NCBI GenBank assembly: GCA_040772485.1
Contig: JAXGYC010000010.1
Span: 96,001 to 160,000 of the forward strand
DNA from: Sedimentisphaerales bacterium
GTDB taxonomy: Bacteria > Planctomycetota > Phycisphaerae > Sedimentisphaerales > Anaerobacaceae
DNA: 64,000 nt
Direction of reading: 5' to 3'
Shown one piece after another: positions 18,565-29,666 of this stretch. The translations under genes were made by a program, and so were the position numbers. Below the pieces are notes generated by a model. The model was not told where the DNA came from. It made no database searches and worked only from the letters and a program-made list of their open reading frames with translations. The number at the start of each line of letters is the position of its first letter. Position 1 is the first letter of the stretch.

Positions 18565-20406
18565 ATGCCGGAAAAGCGACACAGGCTGATCCGTATCTTG
18601 TTCCTGCCGGTCATTATTCTGCATTTTGTGTTTAGGGTCCTTCTCCTTGTTGCTTGTGCGTTGGTGCTCGCCCCGTGGGAGGTTATCCAGGAGGAGTGGC
18701 TTGGCAAGAAGAGCCAGACGCCGCCGGAGGAGCCCGCCAACGAATACATGCGTCTGTTCTCGAACCGTGCGATCTGGGTGGGCGCAAGCCTCCTTACCGC
18801 GGCCGCCTTTGTCCTGTTGGGGTCCGAACTGGCCATTCAACTGACTCGGCTGGCCCTGCGGACCGACGATGTTCGGATCCGCCTGGTGGCGCTGGACTGG
18901 GCAGGACCGGCCGCAAAATGGCCTGCTCGTATCGGCGCACCCGGTGATATCTTTGATGATCTGTTGCGACTGGCTTCCACCGATAGCGATGCTCGCGTCC
19001 GGAATAGCGCGCTCGGCATCCTTGCCTCGGATCTCGGCACGCCTGACGCTGTGATCCCCGCGCTTCGGGACTACGTGCTTGCCCCGAACCCCATCATCCA
19101 AGTCAATGCCATCGACGCGATGCTTCGCCTGGGCCAAGAAGCAGACACAACGAACTCGGCGCTTCTCCATATGGCCGATTGGCTCACGCATCAGGGAGAG
19201 GATGACCCGCCTGTCACAGCCGCCCGACATCTGGTCTCCCGGCTGTCCGAGGACCGCATCTATGACATGCTTACAGATGACATCGAGTGTTTGTATCGGT
19301 GCGGGCTTTCCATGATCACCGGAAACTGCACTGAGGAGGTGGCCTCGGCCGCACTGAGGGCGATGGCCTTCTACCGTTTGCCTGTAGAGGAACGAGAGCG
19401 ACTGAAAACCGCTCGGAGCCAACCGACCCGGTCATGGTGGAGCACGAACTCTCATCGAATCTCTAACAGGCCGGCGGCAATCGAAGAAAGGCTCATCCAA
19501 GCCGAGACGGCAGGATCCAGAGGCGCGGTCGAACAACTTCGCTGGGCGGATGCCAAGAGTGCCGGCACGTTCGCCGCGTACCGGATCTATCTCGAAACCT
19601 ACCCCGGCGGGCGTTATGTCCAGGACGCCCGGACGCGACAGGCAGCGCTTTTGTGCGATGACGCTCCTTTTGCACTGGTTTCCCAGGAGGGCACGAGAGA
19701 GGCCCTCGAGAGGTTCCTCCTGGAGTATCCCGGACATCGGCGTGAGCTGGAGGCCCGCGAGTTGCTGCGTAGTCTCGACGGATATGATATTGTCGACCTT
19801 CTGGACAAACGCATGATCGAGGTCGAGCCGGTCGGCTCCGGCATCCAGCGTGTTGCGGTGAAGGTGCGTCGGCTTGTCCCCCATGGAGTCACGGTCAAGG
19901 TGCCCGTCGGAACTTTCTTTGTTTCCGAAAGGGCTGGGACTCAGAATATGGTCGCAACCGCCGAGTGCCAGGAGACGCTGACGACAGATGAATGGATAAC
20001 CCTTTCGGTGCCTTCCGCATGCGCGAACCACTCAAGAGACGTGCCGGCATTCAGAGACCGGTTCACCATTCAGCACTCTGCCCACTCGCTTGATCTGGTC
20101 CGTCTGATGCCGGTGCTCGACAAGGCACAAGTCTCGTATGGCGTTCGGCAGGCGGCGGTATGGATCGTGACAGACAACGTCAGCTATTATCATCTCGGCA
20201 GGCTGGTCAGAGGGGCGTCCTGGATGCCGATCGATGGCTCACGGGTAATCAGGCACTATGAGGCGGGCCAGGCGATGAAGATCTGCGACGAAGCAGGGAT
20301 CGATATCACGCAAAAAGCCATCTGGCAGGACCGTGCGACGATCCTGGAGGGACTCCAGGATGCCGATCTTAAGATCTGGCTTGAGGCGAAGCAGGCAGCA
20401 CGTTGA
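18565..20406 (+). CDS. Hypothetical membrane-anchored multidomain protein (HEAT-like repeats, Y/F-L-x-x-YP-G repeats, C-terminal Cys/QxxVW domain)
   Basis: 613-aa ORF with GGAGG RBS and two N-terminal hydrophobic helices. HEAT-like DSDARVRNSALGIL; repeats YLETYPGG and FLLEYPGH. Confidence 0.7.
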   Translation: MPEKRHRLIRILFLPVIILHFVFRVLLLVACALVLAPWEVIQEEWLGKKSQTPPEEPANEYMRLFSNRAIWVGASLLTAAAFVLLGSELAIQLTRLALRTDDVRIRLVALDWAGPAAKWPARIGAPGDIFDDLLRLASTDSDARVRNSALGILASDLGTPDAVIPALRDYVLAPNPIIQVNAIDAMLRLGQEADTTNSALLHMADWLTHQGEDDPPVTAARHLVSRLSEDRIYDMLTDDIECLYRCGLSMITGNCTEEVASAALRAMAFYRLPVEERERLKTARSQPTRSWWSTNSHRISNRPAAIEERLIQAETAGSRGAVEQLRWADAKSAGTFAAYRIYLETYPGGRYVQDARTRQAALLCDDAPFALVSQEGTREALERFLLEYPGHRRELEARELLRSLDGYDIVDLLDKRMIEVEPVGSGIQRVAVKVRRLVPHGVTVKVPVGTFFVSERAGTQNMVATAECQETLTTDEWITLSVPSACANHSRDVPAFRDRFTIQHSAHSLDLVRLMPVLDKAQVSYGVRQAAVWIVTDNVSYYHLGRLVRGASWMPIDGSRVIRHYEAGQAMKICDEAGIDITQKAIWQDRATILEGLQDADLKIWLEAKQAAR

Positions 20407-20618
20407 ATCTGAAGCAGATTCAGGGTCAGACCTTTCGATAATCATTAGCAGAGTAACGGCCGGGCGGCGATCCTGGATCGAGGCATGATGGGCTTGTCGG
20501 ACAGGCGGGTGACGCAAGGCCGGCGGATCGCCAGGGACGTCGATGGCGTGGTGACCGAAACGGTTGGCGGGGCGAGGCCCACCCGACATCATTAACCGAG
20601 TTTCTTTGTGAGGGAGCT

Positions 20619-20942
20619 ATGGTGGGTGAACGACATATGGGCGAGGAGACACTGGAGAAGCACGGGTCTGTTTGGCGAGTTTATCGCTACGGAATGCTGG
20701 TCAACATCGTCGCCTGCCTCGTGTGGTCTGTTTACTTTGTCCTGATGATTCCGCCTGAATACGGTGGGAACCGCCATATTTTAGTTCTTCTCAGCGTCAT
20801 GCTGTTGTTCTTCCATCTGGCGTACTTCTTCCGATGGCCAAGACGTGTCTGTATCGCCCTGGGGGTTATGGCTTTGAGCTCGATCGCCTTGACCTGGTTC
20901 TACGTTATTCGTCTCTTATGGGCGGAAGTCCTCCATCCGTGA
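20619..20942 (+). CDS. Small 3-TM hypothetical membrane protein
   Basis: GAGGGAG RBS; three hydrophobic segments; 107 aa. Confidence 0.6.
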   Translation: MVGERHMGEETLEKHGSVWRVYRYGMLVNIVACLVWSVYFVLMIPPEYGGNRHILVLLSVMLLFFHLAYFFRWPRRVCIALGVMALSSIALTWFYVIRLLWAEVLHP

Positions 20943-21098
20943 ATGAGAGCGGATGAGGGTCAGGCCTTTCGATGGTCATCAATCTGGAGGATGCTCGGGC
21001 GGCAGCCGGATACGGGGTGACACAAGGCAGTCGAAAGGACCGCTTGGTTGTCTGTCGGCGGCATCACTGTCGCTGCGGCGTGTGCTGACGCGTCGAAT

Positions 21099-22820
<1,722 letters not shown>

Positions 22821-22917
22821 TCAAACGGCGGCATTGTAAAAGCGGCGGCACGGCATGGCACGAAAAATCCGCGAGCTTGTTGCTGTCGGTCCGGCCAACG
22901 AGATGATACGCTGTCTT

Positions 22918-22998
22918 GCGTGTGGCTGCTCCCTGACGGGAAGCCGTCACGCCTCGATCGGTCTGACGGATCGCACCGGCGGGCGGAGCAGCCATCGC
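22918..22998 (+). promoter_or_regulatory. Candidate structured 5' leader RNA of kamA-like gene (unassigned)
   Basis: 10-bp closing stem TGGCTGCTCC/GGAGCAGCCA enclosing two hairpins. No known riboswitch consensus recognised. Confidence 0.4.
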
Positions 22999-23047
22999 TC
23001 TTGTGACCTTTTGCAGTGGACAGGACAACCTCAAAGGAGAACCGCCT

Positions 23048-24193
23048 ATGGCATACAAGGACATCTTGAGAAATGCGATACGGACATTCGAGGACCTGGA
23101 GAAATGGCTCACCGCCCAGAAGGCCCGGGTCGATCCGCGACTGAAGGACGTGATCGCCAAGTACCCCATGCGAGTGAATACGTACTACCTCAGTCTCATC
23201 GAGAAGGTCAACGACGGCATCTGGAAACAGGCCATTCCCGACGTCGAGGAACTGGTGCATTACATGGACCTGACGGAAGACCCGCTGGATGAGGAAGGGG
23301 ACATTCCGCTGGGCGGCCCACGGACGATCATTCACCGGTATCCGGACCGCGTCCTGCTGTTCGTATCGAACGAGTGCGCCATGTACTGCCGATTCTGCAC
23401 GAGGAAGCGGAAGGTCGGCGATGACCGCAAGAATCCGTCGATGGAGGACATCACCAAAGGCATCGAATACGTGGCGTCGCACGAGGACATCCGCGACGTG
23501 TTGATCTCCGGCGGCGATCCGTTGCTGATTCCGACCAAGAGACTGGATGAGGTTCTGGGAAAGCTCCGACAGATTCCCCACCTGGACCTGATCCGCATCG
23601 GCACGAGGGTCCCGTGCGTCTGGCCGCAGAGGATCATCGAGGACACCGAACTGATTGAAATGCTCCGCAAGCACACGCCGCGTTCGCTTGACGATCCGCA
23701 GCTCTTTATCAACACGCACTTCAATCACCCCAACGAAATCACGCCTCAGAGCTACCAGGCGGTGAAGATCCTGCGAGACCTGGGCATTCCCGTCGCCAAC
23801 CAGAGCGTTCTGCTGAAGGGAGTCAACGATGACACGGACGTCATGAGAGACCTGGTGCATGGCCTCGGTCGGATGGGCGTACGACCGTACTACCTGTATT
23901 ACGCCGACCTGGTTGAGGGAACCGGTCATTTCCGAACGGAAGTGTACAAGGGAAAGGAAATCTGCCGAGATCTGTGCGGCGCCACCACCGGCTTCCTGCG
24001 CCCGACCTATGTGGTCGATGCGATGGGAGGCAGGGGCAAGGTCCCGGTGGACCTCGGCTACTCCGATGGAATCAGTGAAGACAGAAAGGGTGGGATTCTC
24101 ACCTCGGCGATCGGGCTGGGACGAGTGTATGTCAACGACCCGATCGATCGAATAGAGGGCAAACCGACGCGGCACAATCCCAACCGGAAATGA
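23048..24193 (+). CDS. kamA: KamA family radical SAM enzyme (lysine 2,3-aminomutase-like)
   Basis: HRYPDR, CAMYCRFC (CxxxCxxC), ISGGDPL, THFNHPNEI, NQSVLLKGVND and VVDAMGGRGK (PLP Lys) motifs; AAAGGAG RBS. Confidence 0.9.
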   Translation: MAYKDILRNAIRTFEDLEKWLTAQKARVDPRLKDVIAKYPMRVNTYYLSLIEKVNDGIWKQAIPDVEELVHYMDLTEDPLDEEGDIPLGGPRTIIHRYPDRVLLFVSNECAMYCRFCTRKRKVGDDRKNPSMEDITKGIEYVASHEDIRDVLISGGDPLLIPTKRLDEVLGKLRQIPHLDLIRIGTRVPCVWPQRIIEDTELIEMLRKHTPRSLDDPQLFINTHFNHPNEITPQSYQAVKILRDLGIPVANQSVLLKGVNDDTDVMRDLVHGLGRMGVRPYYLYYADLVEGTGHFRTEVYKGKEICRDLCGATTGFLRPTYVVDAMGGRGKVPVDLGYSDGISEDRKGGILTSAIGLGRVYVNDPIDRIEGKPTRHNPNRK

Positions 24194-24264
24194 GAGACCG
24201 GCCGCCGCGCCCGACCCGGGCCCCGTAAACCGCCTCGCTGGGACGCCGGACGCAGTCAGGGTCG

Positions 24265-24648
24265 TCAGGCACACTCGCTGCCGGGAACGTGACGCGTCTG
24301 CCGGGTGGCGGCCCGGAGTTCGTACTGCGCCTGGAGCCACTTGAGGAACGGGCGCGGATTGCTGCCGAGGCGGCCGCCGATGCGGAGGGGCTTGAGTTCG
24401 CGACTGCGCCAGAACTCCTCCGGGGTGGGCGCGCCGCTGTTCGCGCCACGGTAGAGCGTGGTCTGCTTCCAATCGTAGACGGTGAAGACGTCGCCTCGGT
24501 CGCTGGTGAAGACGTGCTTGCGGGAGATCTTGAAGCCGTCGCTGTCGGCGGCGTCGCCGAAAAGCTCCACGAGGCCGGCCGGCGGGAACTCGAAGAGCGT
24601 CAGGCTGTCTATGCCGCTCGTATCGACCTTCGGATTCAGCTTATACAT
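24265..24648 (-). CDS. Hypothetical protein (LVELFG / FTVYDWK / IGG motif family)
   Basis: 127-aa ORF with host-like codon bias and GAAGG RBS. Confidence 0.7.
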   Translation of the reverse strand: MYKLNPKVDTSGIDSLTLFEFPPAGLVELFGDAADSDGFKISRKHVFTSDRGDVFTVYDWKQTTLYRGANSGAPTPEEFWRSRELKPLRIGGRLGSNPRPFLKWLQAQYELRAATRQTRHVPGSECA

Positions 24649-24923
24649 TGCCGTTGCCTTCCAATCGGATTCGTGTCATTTCGCACGCAGAAGGCCGCGT
24701 TTCATTCCTTGATCGGCACGATCCCTCTGCAAGAAACACAGAATTCATTGTACCGCAAAGCCACATATTAGTTCGACGCGTAGATTGGATTGGGTGATAG
24801 GCAAATGGTCAGGGCGGGTCAGCCTTTTACTCACTTGGTGCGGCTATTCGAGACGGGCCCGCGAGTCATGTGAACGCCGTCTGGCGTGGCCTGGCAAAAA
24901 CACCGGTCAGGCGGGCGGGGTAC

Positions 24924-26207
24924 TCAAGGGAGGTTTCGAATCCGGTTCAGATCGCCGGTGGCCGCGGCTTCCAGGATAGGCCCCATGTACTCGTCGACCA
25001 TCTCGGCGGTCATGGGCACGGGCATGTTCTGGAGCTTCATTCGCAACTGGGGCTCCTTTGCGGCGGCCAGCGCACGGTCGACGTGGGCCGGCTTGAAACC
25101 AGCCACCTCCTGCAAGCAAGTGGGGAACCCCACCTGCCGGGCGAAGGCGAGCATGGCCTCAGCGACGGCAACCCCCAGCTCGCGGCCCGACATGGCATCG
25201 AACTCGATCCCGGCGGACGTGGGGATCAGGCCGGCCCGGCGCCAGATCGCCCCGACGTGGCGGAGAGCCTCTTCAATGGCCGGTGCGAAGAAGACGGTGT
25301 AGTAGGGGTTCATCAGCGCGCAGGCCCGTCCATGCGGCAGGATATCGACAAGGGAGAAGCTCGTCAGGTGCCCGCCGTTGGTGCCCCCGATCATGATCGC
25401 GTAGCCGCCCAGGTCGGTCGCCAGAGCGAGGGCCTGGCGCCCCTGCCGGTCGCCCGGGTCGGCCATCACGCCGGGCAGGTGTTCGAGAATCAGGGCGAGC
25501 CCCGTCTGGGCGACGTCGGCCGCCAGACGATAGTGTGGCTTGCCGACCGCTCCGTAGAGGACCTCGAGCATGTGAGACATCCCGTCGAAGGCTCCATCGG
25601 CCGTCAGGGCTTTCGGCTCGGTGAGGGTAAGGTCGTAGTCAAAGGCCGGATACGCCGGGACGATGGCATCGTCGACGATCAGTTTCTTCTGGCACGTGGC
25701 CGGGTCGGTCACGTTCGAATACTTCGTCAGATGCGCCGCCGAGCCGGCGATCGTCTGGACGGCCACGTGGCCGGGCAGCGTTTTGCCAGATCGCCGAAGA
25801 GCCTTGGTCACGAGACCCGTACCGAAATACTCGTCGATCTGGCCCCCTGCAACCCAGAGCACCATCGCCGCCTTGGTCGCGTCGATCGTGCTGCCGCCGC
25901 CGAAGCTGACGACCACATTGGCGTTGGACCGGACCAGCTCGGCACTGATGCGGCGGACATCTTCCGCAGGCGTGTTGGGTCGGGCGCCCCGAATCTCTGC
26001 GGCCAGGTCGACTCCGGCGTCCGCCAGCAACGGCCGGAGCAGCCCCACGTAGTCGTCGCTGCCCTGAAAAGTGCCCCGGACCAGGGCCGCGCGATCTCCG
26101 GCTTTTCGGACCCACGGCCCGATCCGCCCGAGCGCGCCCGGTCCGAATAGATAACCGTCACCCTTGAACTGACGAAGAAGACTCCTGGCCTCGTCCAATC
26201 GATCCAT
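24924..26207 (-). CDS. Iron-containing alcohol dehydrogenase family protein
   Basis: GGGSTIDATKA motif; DGMSHMLE and GHLTS...HGRAC metal-ligand motifs. Confidence 0.88.
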   Translation of the reverse strand: MDRLDEARSLLRQFKGDGYLFGPGALGRIGPWVRKAGDRAALVRGTFQGSDDYVGLLRPLLADAGVDLAAEIRGARPNTPAEDVRRISAELVRSNANVVVSFGGGSTIDATKAAMVLWVAGGQIDEYFGTGLVTKALRRSGKTLPGHVAVQTIAGSAAHLTKYSNVTDPATCQKKLIVDDAIVPAYPAFDYDLTLTEPKALTADGAFDGMSHMLEVLYGAVGKPHYRLAADVAQTGLALILEHLPGVMADPGDRQGRQALALATDLGGYAIMIGGTNGGHLTSFSLVDILPHGRACALMNPYYTVFFAPAIEEALRHVGAIWRRAGLIPTSAGIEFDAMSGRELGVAVAEAMLAFARQVGFPTCLQEVAGFKPAHVDRALAAAKEPQLRMKLQNMPVPMTAEMVDEYMGPILEAAATGDLNRIRNLP

Positions 26208-26489
26208 GACTTCATTCCCGGTTCGGCGCTTTCGTACGGACATTCTGTGCGGTGCAGCATATCAGCCGATCCGGCACGCGGCAACCAGCCGGTCGAAGCA
26301 GCCATGCCCTGAATAGCCAGTGAACCGCTGGGGAATGTGGATTCGCTCCAGGCCAAGTCGGGCAAATCCAGCCTTTCCCCAAGTCGGCCCGGACATTTGC
26401 CGAAAGAAGCAGTCAGCAGGGGCATGAAGTCGTCGAATTCAACGGAAGGCCCAGCGTTACTTGAAGAAGCTGCTTTCAGGAGCGGACCG

Positions 26490-27413
26490 ATGGAATCCGT
26501 GGCAGAGGCAACCGATGTGCAGACGAGGACAAGAGCGGTCGACCCCTGCATCTTGTCCGTGACCGGTGCGACGCTCAAGGTGCGCGACATCATGAGCCGC
26601 GAACTCGTCACCGCCGGCCCCAGGGACACGGTTCTCGTCGCGGCCAAACGAATGTCCGAGAACAACATCTCCTGTGTCATCGTCACGGAGGGCGGGATGG
26701 TCATCGGGATTCTCACTGACAAAGACATTCTCAAGGGAGTCGCCGCCGACGACCAGGACTTCCATCGATTGCACATCGAGCGGCGCATGTCCAGTCCGGT
26801 GGAGGTCGTGTCCCCGGACGAATCCGTCATGGTCGCGGGCAAGATCATGGAATCCAAGGCCATCAAGCGGCTGCCGGTCGTCGAGGCGGGTGAGCTGGTG
26901 GGCATCGTCACGCAGACCGACGTCACCCGCGGACTGATCTCGATCAGTCCCCTGGCCGCCGTCTCGGAGGTCATGAGCACGAAGGTCGTAACGGTGAACA
27001 CCGGGGCCATGGCCGCCGAGGCCGCCCGAATCATGGCCTCGCATGGCATCTCGTGTCTGGTCGCCATGCACCGCCAGGAGGTGGCCGGTATCCTGACCGA
27101 GAAGGACCTGCTCCGACGCGTGGTTGCCCTGCACAAGAACCCGGCCACGACCCAAGTCGTGGAGATCATGTCGTTTCCGCTGGTGAGCATCCCGCCGAGC
27201 TATTCGGTTCTGAGCGCGGGCAGAAAGATGGACACCATGCGACTCCATCGCCTGGTCGTGATGGACCACCCCAGGAATGTCTGCGGCATCGTCACACAGA
27301 CAGACATCATGAAGGCCGTTCGGAACGAGTTGGAGCGTCTGGAACGGGATCACCCTCATCTGCGGGCCGAGTTGCGCAGCCTGATCGGCCAGGCGACGGA
27401 GGATGCGGTGTAG
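26490..27413 (+). CDS. CBS domain-containing protein (four CBS motifs)
   Basis: Repeated VRDIMS / GILTDKDIL / GIVTQTDV / GILTEKDLL / GIVTQTDI motifs. AGGAG RBS before ATG 26490. Confidence 0.88.
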   Translation: MESVAEATDVQTRTRAVDPCILSVTGATLKVRDIMSRELVTAGPRDTVLVAAKRMSENNISCVIVTEGGMVIGILTDKDILKGVAADDQDFHRLHIERRMSSPVEVVSPDESVMVAGKIMESKAIKRLPVVEAGELVGIVTQTDVTRGLISISPLAAVSEVMSTKVVTVNTGAMAAEAARIMASHGISCLVAMHRQEVAGILTEKDLLRRVVALHKNPATTQVVEIMSFPLVSIPPSYSVLSAGRKMDTMRLHRLVVMDHPRNVCGIVTQTDIMKAVRNELERLERDHPHLRAELRSLIGQATEDAV

Positions 27414-27518
27414 CGCCACGATGGCGCAGGCGCAATACCGGACCTTGCGCCCCAGACCAGGCCGTCAGAAGCGAGGCAGCAAGGCAAACCTCAGGCGAAG
27501 GTCCCAGGCAACGGCCGT

Positions 27519-27547
27519 TTGGCCAACGCTCCGCCCATTGCCATAAT
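27519..27547 (+). promoter_or_regulatory. Putative sigma70 promoter
   Basis: TTGGCC-N17-CATAAT with extended TG, upstream of the 27668 CDS. Confidence 0.45.
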
Positions 27548-27667
27548 TTACGTAGCCCCGACCGGACCGGGCCTCTCCAGACGGCCAGGTTTGGGCCTGC
27601 ACCAGATTCGCCCCACGGTCAGAGAGTGTATTGAACAATCGATTTCGATCTTTTCGGGAGGGATAGC

Positions 27668-28096
27668 ATGTCTATCGTACACAACAACGACAAGAAGCGG
27701 CATACCCGAAGCCTCGTGCTGGTCTTGCTGGCGTGGGTCTTCATCGGTGGACAAGCCCTGCTGGCGGCGGGAAGCATCTACAATTACAACACGGCCGGCA
27801 ACGACAAGGAAAAGGGTACGAAAGGAAAGCAGGAACAGGTGGCCGAGTCCAGCGTGCCCTGGGGTCTGATCGGCCAGAGCTCCAGCCGCGTACGCTCGCT
27901 CGCCATGCAGAGCGAGCCGGGCAGCCTCGGGAATATTGCCGTATTCCTGGCCGCCGCCAACGCCCTGGGCCTGGCGGGCCTGGTCCTGGGCCTGCTTTCC
28001 TGGTCGAGGTCGAATCACAGCAGCGGCAAGCTGACGATTGCGGTCTCGGTGGCGGTTGTCCTCGCCAATTCGATCCTCAACCTTGCCATCGCGTAA
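27668..28096 (+). CDS. Hypothetical 3-TM membrane protein
   Basis: GGGAGGG RBS; three hydrophobic helices. Confidence 0.7.
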   Translation: MSIVHNNDKKRHTRSLVLVLLAWVFIGGQALLAAGSIYNYNTAGNDKEKGTKGKQEQVAESSVPWGLIGQSSSRVRSLAMQSEPGSLGNIAVFLAAANALGLAGLVLGLLSWSRSNHSSGKLTIAVSVAVVLANSILNLAIA

Positions 28097-28205
28097 TTGA
28101 CGTTAGATGCCCGCGGCAGCGGCGGCGTGGGTTCAACACGTCGCCCTGCCAGTGAGGTCAAGAATTCAAGCCGGCGCGAGTTGAACGTCGGCGCGCGGGA
28201 TGCGG

Positions 28206-28808
28206 CTACCCGGACAGGCTGGCGACAGCAACGGTCTGTTCGACTGCCGCACTCCTGCGGCAGACCATCGGCACAATATGACTCGCTGCCGGTCCGATCC
28301 TGGCGACCGCCTCACTTCGCTCGGCGGTGGCGGTGACAAGGACCGGGCTGAACCCGAGTTTCTTCCAGAGGGCCTCGGCGGGATCGTTGCCATTCACGTA
28401 GTTGACGGCCAGAAACTCCACCCTGTGCAGATGGAAGAAGTCCAGCAGCCGCCCGACGATGCGTCCGGCAAGCCCCCGGCGCCTGTGGCCGGGCTCCACC
28501 CAGACGTCGATCAATTCGCCCGACCGCGGCGGCACATAGCCGGCGTGCATCCAGATCTTCCCCATGCCCATACCGACCATCGGGGCAACCTCACCCGTCG
28601 TGGCAACCAACAGGTGCGTGCCGTCGGCAGCGAGCTGCGCCCGATAATACTCGTGCAGCCGGGCCGTGCTGGAGGGACTCAGCCGCAACATACGGGTCCC
28701 GGCACAGAGTGTGCTTTGCTGCAAGGCAATCTGCATTCTCACCAGCTCGCCGATGTCCCCTGCGGCGGCAGGACGAATCTCGTACCGCTTGTCGTTGACC
28801 GTTCTCAT
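28206..28808 (-). CDS. GNAT family N-acetyltransferase
   Basis: YEIRPA, VWVEPGHRRRGLA (acetyl-CoA motif A) and N..AEALWKKLGF motifs. Confidence 0.88.
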   Translation of the reverse strand: MRTVNDKRYEIRPAAAGDIGELVRMQIALQQSTLCAGTRMLRLSPSSTARLHEYYRAQLAADGTHLLVATTGEVAPMVGMGMGKIWMHAGYVPPRSGELIDVWVEPGHRRRGLAGRIVGRLLDFFHLHRVEFLAVNYVNGNDPAEALWKKLGFSPVLVTATAERSEAVARIGPAASHIVPMVCRRSAAVEQTVAVASLSG

Positions 28809-29202
28809 AGCCCCTTCGTAGAGACCACGCCTACCTGAAAACAGCCCGGCGACAATGCCACCGGGTATCATGTGACCTGCCGTATGCATCACCCACCGTC
28901 ATATCTGTTCTCGATGCATCTTGTGCACAGTTGAGGCTGTGACGCTCCAAATAACGGCAGAGGCCGAAAAATACGTAGTTTCCACAATATCGAGGCACGG
29001 GCCATCCTGCCGGCTCACGCCGCCGCGACGGACTCGCCCGCTCCGGTCCACCCGGCAGCCTTGGAACCAGGAGCGTTCCTTCGGCAAACGGACAAACGAT
29101 TTGCCCAGGACCGCGATTAGTTTCTATATTTTGTGTGAGGTGATCGTGTGCGGCGCAGAGGCCGTACGAAGCAACCAGCCATCCTGCCAGGGGAGGAGAG
29201 TC

Positions 29203-29451
29203 ATGAAAAGCATTCAGATATCTGACGAGCTGTTCGACGAACTCAAGGGCCTGGTCGTGGACCCGTTCGACGACACACCGGACTCCGTGATCGGCCGCCT
29301 CATCCAGATCGTCAAGAAGGCCAAGAGCCGCTGGTCGCCGTTGGAGGCGTCCGTCACGTCGGAGGCCGAGGAACCCCAGGTTCAGCTCAAGACCCACAAA
29401 CGCGAATCCAAGCAGTTCTCCGAGGAGACAGAACCCGTCGTCCTCCTGTAA
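29203..29451 (+). CDS. Small ribbon-helix-helix-like protein
   Basis: GGAGGAG RBS. MKSIQISDELFDELKGL...TPDSVIGRLI fits a beta-alpha-alpha RHH pattern; 82 aa. Confidence 0.65.
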   Translation: MKSIQISDELFDELKGLVVDPFDDTPDSVIGRLIQIVKKAKSRWSPLEASVTSEAEEPQVQLKTHKRESKQFSEETEPVVLL

Positions 29452-29500
29452 GCGAACGCTCGCAGACCCTCGACACTTCACACAAACCACTTGCATGCTC

Positions 29501-29547
29501 GAGCCGCGCAACCGACTCACCGCGTGAGGGATCGGACGCGGCTCTTT
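29501..29547 (+). terminator. Probable terminator hairpin after RHH gene
   Basis: GAGCCGCG...CGCGGCTC stem with nested CTCAC/GTGAG, followed by a short T run. Confidence 0.45.
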
Positions 29548-29618
29548 CGCTGTTTGCCGGACCCGCCATCGCCGGCGAAACACGCCGCGATCCATCTCGA
29601 TTCCGTCTGGCGCTGCGC

Positions 29619-29666
29619 AAAAAAAACGGTGGCACGCACCTGAGGCGGCGGAGTGGTGCGTGCCAC
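29619..29666 (-). terminator. Intrinsic terminator
   Basis: 12-bp stem GTGGCACGCACC/GGTGCGTGCCAC followed by 8 T on the minus strand. Confidence 0.8.

Noticed and set aside
14672..21098. Integron cassette array
   Set aside because: No integrase and no convincing RYYYAAC...GTTRRRY attC pairs around the accessory genes.
27480..27525. c-di-GMP-I riboswitch (GGCAAACC seed)
   Set aside because: No GNRA-capped P2 or downstream GCAAAGC/P3 elements.
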